Positions 22,090-32,150 of a DNA stretch of 64,000 bases are shown one piece after another (within the stretch, counting starts at the first letter, position 1; each line of letters begins with the position of its first letter). The notes under the pieces are model-generated. The model was not told the DNA's origin, ran no database searches, and was given only the letters and a program-made list of their open reading frames with translations. A program made the translations under genes and the position numbers. The stretch is from Diplonema japonicum (lineage: Eukaryota > Protista > Euglenozoa: Diplonemea), in NCBI GenBank assembly GCA_964019335.1, contig OZ025661.1, positions 732,673-796,672 on the forward strand, in the 5' to 3' direction.

Positions 22090-24775
22090 AGCAATTTATC
22101 GCCAACAAATAATGAGTCATTATTAAAACACTCGTTCCCGAATTTAAAAAGCAGTAACGAGTGTTAAATAATGGCTTATTTGGCGGCAAGTAAATCGTTT
22201 TATTTCACTCTTCGTCATTTGAGTCACTCTTCACTGTTTGCACTGCTGTTTTTTTATTATTATTTTTTTTCCCCCACGCAGGTCAGCTTTTTGGGGATTT
22301 TCCTAAGGTAATACAGGGCAGCTATATCGCTGTGGCATTTTTAAGGTGAAGTAAAGCACTTATTCCCACTTTTAAGGGCCGGAATGGCCTCAGATGGCCA
22401 AAGTAGTCAAAATACCCCATCCCTACAAAAAGATTTCAAGGGGTTGAGTGCATTTTTTCTTTCCACTCTGAAGCGCCATTATTTAACTGCAAAAAATAAA
22501 TTATGGCCATTTCGCGTTAAATTATGAGTCCCTTAGTGAGTGAAGAAAATGACGGAGAGTGAAATAAAAAAAAAACAACAAAAAATGGCCCCCTAGGGAT
22601 TGCTTCTCACTGATCCCTTGTGCCTCTGTCTGAGTCTCTTCGCAGGGGTGAGAGGGGGGGTTTTCTTCTTTTTTTTTTCTCTATTCATGTGCTGTGTTCG
22701 CTGCTATGACGTGTTCTTTCTTTCCCTCCTCTCCCCAGCTGTGTTCGTTTTCTCTCTTTTTTGTCCCCCCCCCTTTTTTTTGTATGATCTGAAAATATGA
22801 ATCAAAAGAATTCAGGGAGGGTCACATTCCCTTTTTTTTCACGAAAAGGCGAAAAAAAAGAGTTTCGGGGGGGGGATATAATTTTTCCACATGCGAAAGT
22901 TGATGTGTTTGCGAAAAATCACCCCCCCCCTAAATGGGCCATGTGAACGATGAACGTTTATTTTTTTAGTTTCTTCTTTATTATTTATTTCACTCTTCGT
23001 CGTTTTCTTCACTCACTAGGGGGGGCCTCATAATTTAACGCGATAATGGCCATAATTTAACTACCGGATTTGTATTTATATTGTTCAGTTTTAATAATGA
23101 TCTGGGGATTTAGTGTACTGTATAAATTATGTACCTTTTTCGGATTTTGGACCCAACTTGCGACTTTACAAAACAATACAAAAAACTATTTTATTATTTT
23201 TGGCCTGACCCCCCCCCCCCCCCCCCCCCCCCAGGACAGGCCCCACTAAAATCAAAGCCACGTTTGTGGCGTACAAGATCTACTTTTTGGTTTCCATTTC
23301 AAAACAAGGTACGCGGACGCCCTGAAGGCCCAGATAAAGAAAGAGCGGAAAAGACACAGAAGAGAAGCCCTTCTTACTGCTGTTGGTCCGGCTTCTGTTC
23401 CCGTTAGTCCTGTGCCGCGCCTGGTGCTTCTGTTGTTGCCGGTCCCGTTGCTTCTGTTGCCAACCCCGTGGCCTCCCCTGCTGCCCCGCAGCGGCACCAA
23501 GCCAAGTGACCCCAAGCCAGCGAACGAACAACGTGACGAGGGTGCCCTGCCCCAACTGCAGCGCAACCCTCAAGCAGGTTAGAAAGGGGACCAGTGTGGT
23601 AGTGCACGGAATGCTCTGGTGAGCATGACATGAGCACCCGCGGGAGGGTCTGCCCGTCCTGCGACTATGTGGTGTGCTTTACGTGCAGGACTGGGCAACA
23701 GTGAACTAGAATTGCGGTAATACCACCCCCCCTCCCCGGCTGGGGGGTATTTTGTTTTTGTCTTGGGATTTTTTATTTTTAGGGATATTTTCTGGGATTT
23801 TTTTTATTTTTTGTAATTTTTATGTTCTGTTTTAATGGTGTTCTGTAAATATTATGTACCTTTTTCGAATTTTTTGCCCAATTTGGGACTTTTCACATAA
23901 CAATATAAGTACAAATCCGGTAGTTAAAATTATGAGATTTTGGAGTTAAAATTATGGGGCTTCAGAGTGACCTGCCCTGCAGGGCCCTCGTGCAAAAAAA
24001 TTCAGGAACTCGAGTTAAATAATGACTCATTATTTTGTTTGAATATAGCTATTAATTCCCCTTTTCCAAGGCTTTCAAAAATAACAGCCGTGTAAAGCAC
24101 GCGCTGTTTATTTTGCCTTTGAGGAAACAGAGGATACTGTCGAATGTAAAGCTTTAGTGGCCTGGTAACCAGACGGCCCTAAAGGTAAGACACACCTCGT
24201 ACTTTCCCCCCTTTTTTCTGTTTTATTATTTCACTCTTCGTCATTTTCTTCACTCACTTGGGGCCTCATTATTTAACGCGACACGGCCATAATTTAACGC
24301 GAAAAGCACATAAGTTAACACGAAATCGCTTTGTTAAATTATGAGACTTTGGAGTTAAATAATGGGGCTTCAGAGTGAAAAAATGGGTCTTGTCGTGGAA
24401 AAAAAATGTACCCAACCACCTTGAAAAATCTTTTGGGGTGGGGGTATTTTGACTGTTTTTGGCCATCTGAGGCCATTCCAGCCCTTAAAAGTGGGAATAA
24501 GTGCTTTACTCCCCCTTTAAATGCCACGGCGAAATAGCACCCCATATTACTTTAGGAAAATCCCCAAAAAGCTGACCTGCGTGGAAAAAAACAGCAGTGA
24601 AGAGTGAGTGACTCAAATGACGAGAGTGAAATAAAACGACTTACTTGCCGCCAAATGAGCCATTATTTAACTCTCGTTACCGTTTTTTTGCACGAGGGCC
24701 AGCAGGGCCCACGTGCAAAAAAATTCGGGAACTCGAGTTAAATAATGACTCATAATTTGTTGGCAATAAATAGCT
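22090..24775. repeat. Composite foldback region of long (~450 bp) inverted arms, related to Crypton-like ends
   Basis: About 22090-22570 is the reverse complement of about 24220-24775. Partial extra copies lie at 22980-23060 and 23925-24050, and arms end in AATAAATAGCTA. Confidence 0.7.
23061..23923. mobile_element. Nested non-autonomous TIR element (TTAA TSD) carrying a GC-rich Cys-rich fragment
   Basis: 24/25-bp TIR CTACCGGATTTGTATTTATATTGTT, with TTAA on both sides. Confidence 0.8.
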
Positions 24776-25513
24776 ATTTATTTTTCTTCTCTCTTCCTCT
24801 TCCTACCACTCACCTTGTTCGCAAAATGAGTCCCCGGGAGGTATTTAGACCATAGAGTCTAGCACATGTCCATTCTTGACATTGATAAAAAAAAAGAAAA
24901 AAAAAAAAATGGGGTGAGTGGGGAGTTGGGGCTGATCCCGTAGCCCCATGGATTTTTTGTTTTGTTTTGCGGTGTGTGTTTTTTTTTTCTTCTTTTTTTT
25001 TTTTTTTTTCTCTTCTCTTTTTGTTTTGTTTTTTTTTGTTTTCAACAGTTTTGTATTCTTTCTTTGTTCCAATATTTGTTCAACCCTCCCCACCCCGTAT
25101 CTCGCTTTAATATCATTTCATCAATGAGATCTTATCACACAACATGAAGAGTGCGGCTTCTGCGAAGATGGTTTCATGCCCCCCGTGGGATCTTGCGGAG
25201 GTCAATTCGGTCCCAAAGGAAGCAGATCACCTAGCCCCACTTGCACCTCCGACTCCTGTCCTTGCATGAAACGCCAGATACAAAGCCGACCCCCTTGGAT
25301 CTTGAAGCCGTTAAACTTAAATTTTTCGGGGGGCTTTGCAACACGAGGGACAATAAAAATTGCCTGTTGCAACAAGTGAGGTGGGTCGATTTCAAAAAAC
25401 CCCCCAAAAAAAATGAGGCCAATGAGCCCTTTAAAAAAATTCTCATGCCTCTGACCAATTGGGGCGTAGTTTATGTGTCGATACCTAAAATATTTTCATC
25501 GGAAGTATTTCCG

Positions 25514-26151
25514 AAGGCTCGATGATGTCGGGAGGAAGGACCTGGCTGGGCTTCACCAGGAGGCGGCGGTGCTGATCACGGGCTGCTGGAGTGGCTCCGG
25601 AGGGTACAAGCTCCTAGCTGACTGCTTCCCCTCGAAAGAATGGCGGAGGGTGCTGCGGCGACGATGACGGCGAAGGCCTTCTGCTGGCAGTCTTCCCCGG
25701 TTCACAGGGAGACGGTCAAGCTGAAGCAGGCGAACAGGCTGGGGTGTGGGTGGCTGCGCTCTGGCTACCAAGCACTGCGTCGATGCGGGTTGGAACCAAA
25801 GGTGCACTTCGAGTACCTGTCGGCTACGCCCCTGGCGGCCCCGTGGCAGACAGGCATGGTCGACTTCAGGGCTGACCTCCCCGGCGGGGTCACGCGATCG
25901 TCGCCAGACGCGGACAGGCGGAAGGCGGCCGAGGCTGCTCTTGCGGCTCTCCCCCCGGGCATCCATGCCTACACGGATGGCTCGGCGAAAGGCTCATGAT
26001 ACCTTCACTTTGATTTTTGATTTGAGCTCTGCTTTTCAACTCAGCTTTGTTGATTTTTTCTTCCTTTCCCCTTTTTCCTTTTATCCTTTTCAAACCTTCT
26101 CTGATGCTCCCGACCCGGCAGTGGAACAGATATTATTATTATTATTATTAA
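25514..26151 (+). mobile_element. Chimeric truncated non-LTR retrotransposon (family B ORF2 fragment + family A-type 3' tail)
   Basis: 25514-25985 is almost identical to the minus-strand ORF2 copies (with a 7-bp deletion). It then switches to ...GGCAGTGGAACAGA(TAT)n. Flanked by AAGTATTTCCG. Confidence 0.85.
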
Positions 26152-26184
26152 AAGTATTTCCGTCTGCTGGACTACAGGAGGTCC

Positions 26185-26916
26185 TTGCCGGGGGGCAAGA
26201 CAAAGAGGAAGGCTACGGCGATAGAGTTCCGTAGGTTCTTCGGAAACAGTGTCTGGTGGGAACTGTGGTGTGCGGCTGGTGTCAGGGACAGGGACATAAA
26301 GCAGAAAGAGGAAGAGAAAAAGGAAAAGAGAAAGAAGGATAAGGAAGAAAAAAAGGCGACAGACGGAGAAAGCGGGGAGCAGCTGAAGGCGCTGATGGAG
26401 AGACTGGAGGTGATGGAGAGGAAACTAGCGGAGAAGGAAGAGAAGGGGGAGGAAGAGGAAATGATGTTGAGGCACCTGGAGTCAAGAATGGAGACCCAGG
26501 AAGAGGAGATGGGGAAGGTACAGGGTAAGGTGGAAGCGGTCGAAGGTCAGGTTGGTAACCTGGCACAAGCCATCGAGAGAATGGCGACAGTGCAGACGGA
26601 GCGGCTGGTGGCCATGGAGAGGAGGCTGACGGAGACTGGTGCGAGCCAGTATAATAAAATCCTCCTCCTCCTGACAACAGGAGGCAATAGGATGGAGGAA
26701 GAAGAAGAGTCAAGCCCCGAGCCACCACCGCACTGCCACGAGAGACCGGACGAATCTCAGTCCGGCATCGACTACTCACCCACCCAAACTGAACTCCCCT
26801 CCACACCTGTGAGAAAGGTGGGAAACGCGACCTCGCGCCAAGCCACCATGGCCACTACTCCCTCTCATTCAAACCCGTCAGCCCCCCTGAACGCCAAGAA
26901 GAAAGTCTCTCATTAA
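26185..26916 (+). CDS. Family A ORF1 (coiled-coil, probably 5'-truncated)
   Basis: Glu/Lys-rich coiled coil upstream of ORF2. The frame runs back to the insertion junction. Confidence 0.7.
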   Translation: MPGGKTKRKATAIEFRRFFGNSVWWELWCAAGVRDRDIKQKEEEKKEKRKKDKEEKKATDGESGEQLKALMERLEVMERKLAEKEEKGEEEEMMLRHLESRMETQEEEMGKVQGKVEAVEGQVGNLAQAIERMATVQTERLVAMERRLTETGASQYNKILLLLTTGGNRMEEEEESSPEPPPHCHERPDESQSGIDYSPTQTELPSTPVRKVGNATSRQATMATTPSHSNPSAPLNAKKKVSH

Positions 26917-27253
26917 CGAAAGACCTGATTTTAGCGAAGGTCAGAAAACTAAATAAAAAGATTAAAAAAAAAAGAAAGTGTCGCATCAACCAAAAGAACT
27001 TAAAAGAAAAGGGCAAAAAAAAGATTTTAAAAAAAAAAAAAGCCAAAGCCCAAGAAAGGGGAAAAAGAAAAGGCAACCCCACAAACAAAAGAGTGAACAA
27101 TAAACGAAGAGAACAAAACAACGGCGGAAAGCAAGGAAGAATAAAGCGAAGACGAGGACTACTTGGCTACAACACGCGGCTAAATCCTGGCCGGCCCCGA
27201 ACGGGGGTGTCCAAGCAAGACAAGGCGTTAGTGGCGGCGATGATAGGTCAGTT

Positions 27254-30200
27254 ATGGCCGGCCCCCCCCAAGTACGACCCTTCATCCGAAACCCGGGGTG
27301 CGGGGGTGACCAATACGGTAAGTCAAGCAAGAGCACGAACAGACGACGAGGAGGAACAGGACCACATGGAATGGATATCCTAAGCTGCGGAGACGTCGAG
27401 AGTAACCCCGGTCCTAACATGAAAATAAAGACTGATCAGCCACGCAACCCGAAGCTGAGAGTGTTGTCGGTGAATGCACACTCGGTGAGAGGGAAAATGG
27501 TGGAGCTCGAGAAAAGTATAGAAGAACTCGAGCTTGATGTGGTTATGATACAGGAATCATGGCTAAGAACCGAGGACGAAATCGAACTACCGGGCTTCAA
27601 CCTGTTCAGGAGAGACAGGGTGGTGCTAAACGAGGACGGGGAGGTGAAGAGGGGAGGTGGCCTGGTGACGGCGGTCAGGAGAGACCTGGATGCTGAGCAG
27701 ACGTTCATAGGAGAACGTGATGACAGGACGGAAAGACTGGACGTATCCGTACAACTCACCGAAACAAGAAAACTGCTCTTGGTCAACATCTACCGCCCCC
27801 CATCGTCCACTAAAGTCAAAGGCGACTTGGCAGTCTCCAATCTCCCTTCTGGTCAGGATGTGCTGATATCGGGTGATTTCAACGCGCACTCTGACATGTG
27901 GGACAGTACCGCCAAGAACAGTGACCTGAAGGGAGGTGAACTGGAGAAATGGATGGTCAGGACGAACATGCTGCCACTCAACAGACCAAAGTGCCCCACA
28001 CACTTCTCAACGAGAGGAACCTTCACCACGACCGACATAATGATAACGGACGCGGGGTATGACCCAGGCTCGTGGAGGGTACTGGACTCAATAGGTTCCG
28101 ACCACTTTCCCATGTTCTACGAATGGGAAGTGGGACAGCAACAAAAGGAAGGAAGGAAAAAACCGCCCCAGAAGCTGGTATGGGAAAAAGCTGACTGGGG
28201 CAAATTCAGGACTATCGTAGAAGAGAGGACATCATGCCTTCTAAAGAGCAAGGACGTGGAGGTGGTGAGTAAGGGACTCATCGACCTGCTCATGGCAGCT
28301 TCTAGGGAGAGCATACCTAGAAAAGGGCCGAAACCTGCTAAGGCGTGGTGGACTCCTGAGATAGACAGCAAGGTAAAGGAAAGGAACACCAAACTAAGGG
28401 AGTACGTAAGCAAGGGCGAGGACGATCCGGTTGCCTTAGCGGAGGTAAGGTTACTCCAGAAAGAGACAAGGGAGTTAATACAAGCCTCTAAACAAAAGAG
28501 GGACGAAGATTTCCTGGATGAACTGGGAAGGAAGAAAACGTCCAAAGACACTTTCGCTTTCATAAGGCAGCTTGACGGGAGTGCAACGAAACCCGGAGTC
28601 TCGGTTCTCAGGGAGAACGGTACAAGATACGCAAGTAACAAGGCGAAAGCAACAGCCTTGTGCGAACACTACGCAGCAAAATGTACACCGAAAATAGGAC
28701 AATCCTCTAGAGAAGCTCTGGAATCCCTAAAAAACGAGGTGAAGAGAGAGACCCAGCAAGAACAAGCAGAAGCAGTCACGACGAGTGAGGTGCTGGGCGA
28801 GATCGCGAAGCTAAAGAAACGAAAAGCCCCGGGACCCGACGGCATCTACAACGAATATCTCAAAAAAATGGGGCCAAAAGGAGTGGAAGTTCTGAAACAT
28901 CTCTTCAATCTCTCTTGGAAGGAAGGGAAGGTCCCGTCGGAGTGGAAGAGAACAACAATCAGACCACTCAGGAAACCCAACAAAGACCCGAGCAGAGCCG
29001 ACTCCTACAGGCCCATATCCCTGACGAGCAACATCGCGAAAGCCATGGAGAGGGTGGTGAGAAGCAGGATGGTCTACCTTCAAGAGACCAGGAAGGTAAC
29101 CCCACCACACTGGACACAATCCGGCTTCATGAGAGGCCGATCAACCACAGAGAACATACTCTTCGCTGCGAAAACTCTACAGGGTTTCAAATACAACAAC
29201 ACGGGGAAAAGGGGAGGTCTGCTCTTTCTGGACCTTAAGGGGGCCTTCGACACGGTGTGGCATGAGGGACTCATAGCAAAGATGGAGAATAACGGATATC
29301 CCGAAGAATACACAAGATGGGTAAAGAGCTACCTCAGCAAGAGAAAAGTGGCGGTGGAGGTGGAAGGCACGCAAGGGGTCTCCAGGGAGTTTAAGGGGGG
29401 AGTCCCTCAAGGAACTGTCCTGGCACCTCTACTCTTTACCATCTATGTGGATGACCTGACCAGAGTGCTAGAAGAACGAGGCATACGTGCTTGCACGTAT
29501 GCAGATGACATCATGGTCGTGGTCGAAGGCAAGAAGGACAAGGAGGTCGAGAAAAAGGCACAACTGATTGTTGACTTGGTGGAACAGTGGGCTGAGAGGT
29601 GGTCGATGCAGCTGGCACCCGAAAAATCGAACATCCTTTGCAACGGAGTCTCGAGGAAACTGAAGGTATCTTTCGGAGACGGGACAGGATTGAAACAGGT
29701 AGACAAGGCGAAGTACCTGGGGGTCACGCTAGACGCTAACGCGTCCTTCGAGGCTCACGTGGGTGAAGTCAAAAACAAGACGCGTAGGCGCTTGGGATAC
29801 TTGTACAGACTGTCCAGCAAGAAGGGTGGGTTGAGAAGGGACATGCTCAGAGCGATCTACCTAACGTACGTGTTCCCACTGACTAGATACGGCCTGGGGG
29901 TCTACGGCAAGTCGCTGCGGAAGGACCTTTTTGACGACCTGAACGAACTACATGAAACGGCGGCGAGATTTATCACAGGGCTCCCTGGGAAGATCTCCAA
30001 ACATATAGCAGTGGTAGAGGCAGGACTACAACAATTGGACACAGTAGTCAAGACGGACACCCTGCTGTTGTACGAGGAATGCATACGGAAGTCCAACACA
30101 GTGGGGTGTGTTGCTGCACTTGCTGAGGAGCTCGACGAGGACACCTGGGCAGGGAGGATGAGGAGGGATGCAAAGAACCTGGACCCTCCGCAGAGGGAAT

Positions 30201-31225
30201 GCACCCCGGTAGGCCCATCGCCCATTAAAGCAGACCACATGATCCCCCCCTGGCATGACCTGATGTTGGATCTGAGACCCTATCTGATCGAAGACAGCAG
30301 ACGCTCGGACCCGAAGGAAAAAAGGCTAGAAGTGGCGCTGAGGACGATCGCAGCACTCCCGAAGGATTCCATGAGGATTTACACCGACGGCTCCTCGCCC
30401 AACAACAGGAGAGGGGGAGCGGCAGCAGTGATGAGGGTGAGGGGAAAAGAGGAAGTGGTGAAGGGGTCTGCAGGTGAGTACTGCAGCTCTTTCAGAGCGG
30501 AAACCAAAGCATTGCTGCTGGGCTTGAGAGGTGCGGCAGTGGCGACGAAGAAAGTCATCCGGACGAAAAAGACCATCCCTTTAATACTGCTCACTGATTC
30601 TCAATCACTGATCCTGAGCCTACAAAAAGGCCCTCAGTCAGCAACCTACTGTGACGAGGTATTCATCTGGCAGCATATCAGGATACTGAATGACAGAAAT
30701 CTGTCGGTGACGATACAGTACATCCCTGCCCACGTAGGTGTCGAGGGCAACGAGAGAGCGGATGAGGCTGCTTCTAAGGCTGCTAAGGAACACACAACGG
30801 CTGGCACTCACTATTCTCTGACGGACTACAGAACAACAAAGTCCTACGTTAAGAGAATGATCTACAAAGAGTGGAGGGAACTGTGGGAGGACAGTGGGAA
30901 GGACAAGGCATACAGAGAACGTACTGGAGGCCGATTTCACTCTTTGAGAGGCCTGGCCTCGAGAAGGGGTGAGATACAGGTAATGAGGCTCCGTGCTGGC
31001 CAGTCCGAGCTCACCAGGGGATACCTGAGACGCGAAGGGGCGAGGGAGGTGGACGTGAAATGCACTTTCTGTGGAGAGGTGCAAAACCTCACGCATCTTC
31101 TGAGTGAGTGCAGGGGGACCGAGGTGGAGAGGGCGAGGCACCTGGGTTCGCACTCCATCACCGAACTCCTGACCGATGAATCCCCTAGAGTTGAGTCTTT
31201 CTTGAAAGAGATTGGCTTGCTGTAG
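27254..31225 (+). CDS. Family A ORF2: 2A peptide-APE-RT-RNase H-CCHC
   Basis: GDVESNPGP; SVNAHS, IQESW, GDFNAH, GSDH; PQGTVLAP, YADD; YTDGS, TDSQS, PAHVGVEGNERAD; CTFC..LTHLLSEC. Intact 1323 aa. Confidence 0.95.
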   Translation: MAGPPQVRPFIRNPGCGGDQYGKSSKSTNRRRGGTGPHGMDILSCGDVESNPGPNMKIKTDQPRNPKLRVLSVNAHSVRGKMVELEKSIEELELDVVMIQESWLRTEDEIELPGFNLFRRDRVVLNEDGEVKRGGGLVTAVRRDLDAEQTFIGERDDRTERLDVSVQLTETRKLLLVNIYRPPSSTKVKGDLAVSNLPSGQDVLISGDFNAHSDMWDSTAKNSDLKGGELEKWMVRTNMLPLNRPKCPTHFSTRGTFTTTDIMITDAGYDPGSWRVLDSIGSDHFPMFYEWEVGQQQKEGRKKPPQKLVWEKADWGKFRTIVEERTSCLLKSKDVEVVSKGLIDLLMAASRESIPRKGPKPAKAWWTPEIDSKVKERNTKLREYVSKGEDDPVALAEVRLLQKETRELIQASKQKRDEDFLDELGRKKTSKDTFAFIRQLDGSATKPGVSVLRENGTRYASNKAKATALCEHYAAKCTPKIGQSSREALESLKNEVKRETQQEQAEAVTTSEVLGEIAKLKKRKAPGPDGIYNEYLKKMGPKGVEVLKHLFNLSWKEGKVPSEWKRTTIRPLRKPNKDPSRADSYRPISLTSNIAKAMERVVRSRMVYLQETRKVTPPHWTQSGFMRGRSTTENILFAAKTLQGFKYNNTGKRGGLLFLDLKGAFDTVWHEGLIAKMENNGYPEEYTRWVKSYLSKRKVAVEVEGTQGVSREFKGGVPQGTVLAPLLFTIYVDDLTRVLEERGIRACTYADDIMVVVEGKKDKEVEKKAQLIVDLVEQWAERWSMQLAPEKSNILCNGVSRKLKVSFGDGTGLKQVDKAKYLGVTLDANASFEAHVGEVKNKTRRRLGYLYRLSSKKGGLRRDMLRAIYLTYVFPLTRYGLGVYGKSLRKDLFDDLNELHETAARFITGLPGKISKHIAVVEAGLQQLDTVVKTDTLLLYEECIRKSNTVGCVAALAEELDEDTWAGRMRRDAKNLDPPQRECTPVGPSPIKADHMIPPWHDLMLDLRPYLIEDSRRSDPKEKRLEVALRTIAALPKDSMRIYTDGSSPNNRRGGAAAVMRVRGKEEVVKGSAGEYCSSFRAETKALLLGLRGAAVATKKVIRTKKTIPLILLTDSQSLILSLQKGPQSATYCDEVFIWQHIRILNDRNLSVTIQYIPAHVGVEGNERADEAASKAAKEHTTAGTHYSLTDYRTTKSYVKRMIYKEWRELWEDSGKDKAYRERTGGRFHSLRGLASRRGEIQVMRLRAGQSELTRGYLRREGAREVDVKCTFCGEVQNLTHLLSECRGTEVERARHLGSHSITELLTDESPRVESFLKEIGLL

Positions 31226-31565
31226 GGGGTGACCATGAGATAAATTAAGACATTTTTAAAACATTTTTATAAAACATTTTTTGAAAGATAAATTTTATTT
31301 TACGTGGGATGGTAGAGTTTCCTCTATTAAAAGCATTAGGCTCATGAGCGAGACAAGTAAGGTGTTGAGTAGGGAAAAAAGAAAAGAAATGAAATGAATG
31401 AGAGAAAAAAAAGAGAAAAAAAAAAAAAAAAAAAAAAAAGGAATAAATAGTGCTTCGAACAATCCTCCCTTCACTCCCCTCCCCTAGTGTATTTTCGTTC
31501 CCTGCCAAAAAACCCCTCCCTCCTTTTAAGACGGTACAGTGTATTGAAAAGAAAAAAAAAATAAA

Positions 31566-31602
<37 letters not shown>

Positions 31603-32150
31603 AAAAAAAAAAATAAAAAAGAAAGAAAAAAAAACTATATAAATAAACAACAGAAAGAAAGAAAAACAATTCAAGCCCCAACGACAAACAAAAACCGGCA
31701 TGGGGACGGCTCGGGGCCGGTCGAAGGCAAGAGTCGCCCCGAAATCCTTAAGACGATCCTTCCTATTGAGGGGGATGCGCTACCAGGGGAAAGGAAAAAA
31801 GGTGGCCATGGGCAGGACAGTCGAAGGAATGTACTAGGGGGCCAAGAGGCAGACTGACTGCGCCATAGGCGATACAAAAGGAGAAGATTTTGACCAAGAA
31901 AGAATGGAACAATGGAATATCTGAAAGGAAGTATACACACACTCCCCTTACTGAATACCGTCTTGCTTCACCCTGTGATTTGCCAGGCACAATTATGTCA
32001 CCCTGTGCAACACAGACTTTTGATGTTTCAAACCTCTTTATCTTCTCTCCACCTTTTGTCTCCCCCACTGGCAGTGGAACAAATATTATTATTATTATTA
32101 TTATTATTATTAAAAGTATTTCCGAAAAAAAAAAAAAAAAGAAAAGAATC

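Larger units (their letters stand above)
26163..32113 (+). mobile_element. Non-LTR retrotransposon family A (I-group/Ingi-like), 5'-truncated, (TAT)n tail
   Basis: ORF1 + ORF2 + long 3' UTR ending GGCAGTGGAACAAA(TAT)n. AAGTATTTCCG on both sides. Confidence 0.92.

Noticed and set aside
25140-25400. Cys-rich fragments (HEECGFCED, CTSDSCPC) upstream of the Tyr array
   Set aside because: Too short and broken to assign.
31690-31870. Possible third HDV-like ribozyme (GGCCAAGAGGCAG) in the family A 3' UTR
   Set aside because: I could not find matching P1/P2/P3/L3 elements upstream.
31890-32150. N-terminal extension of the 819-aa ORF
   Set aside because: It translates the previous element's 3' UTR, (TAT)n tail and TSD. 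The plausible start is ATG 32151.
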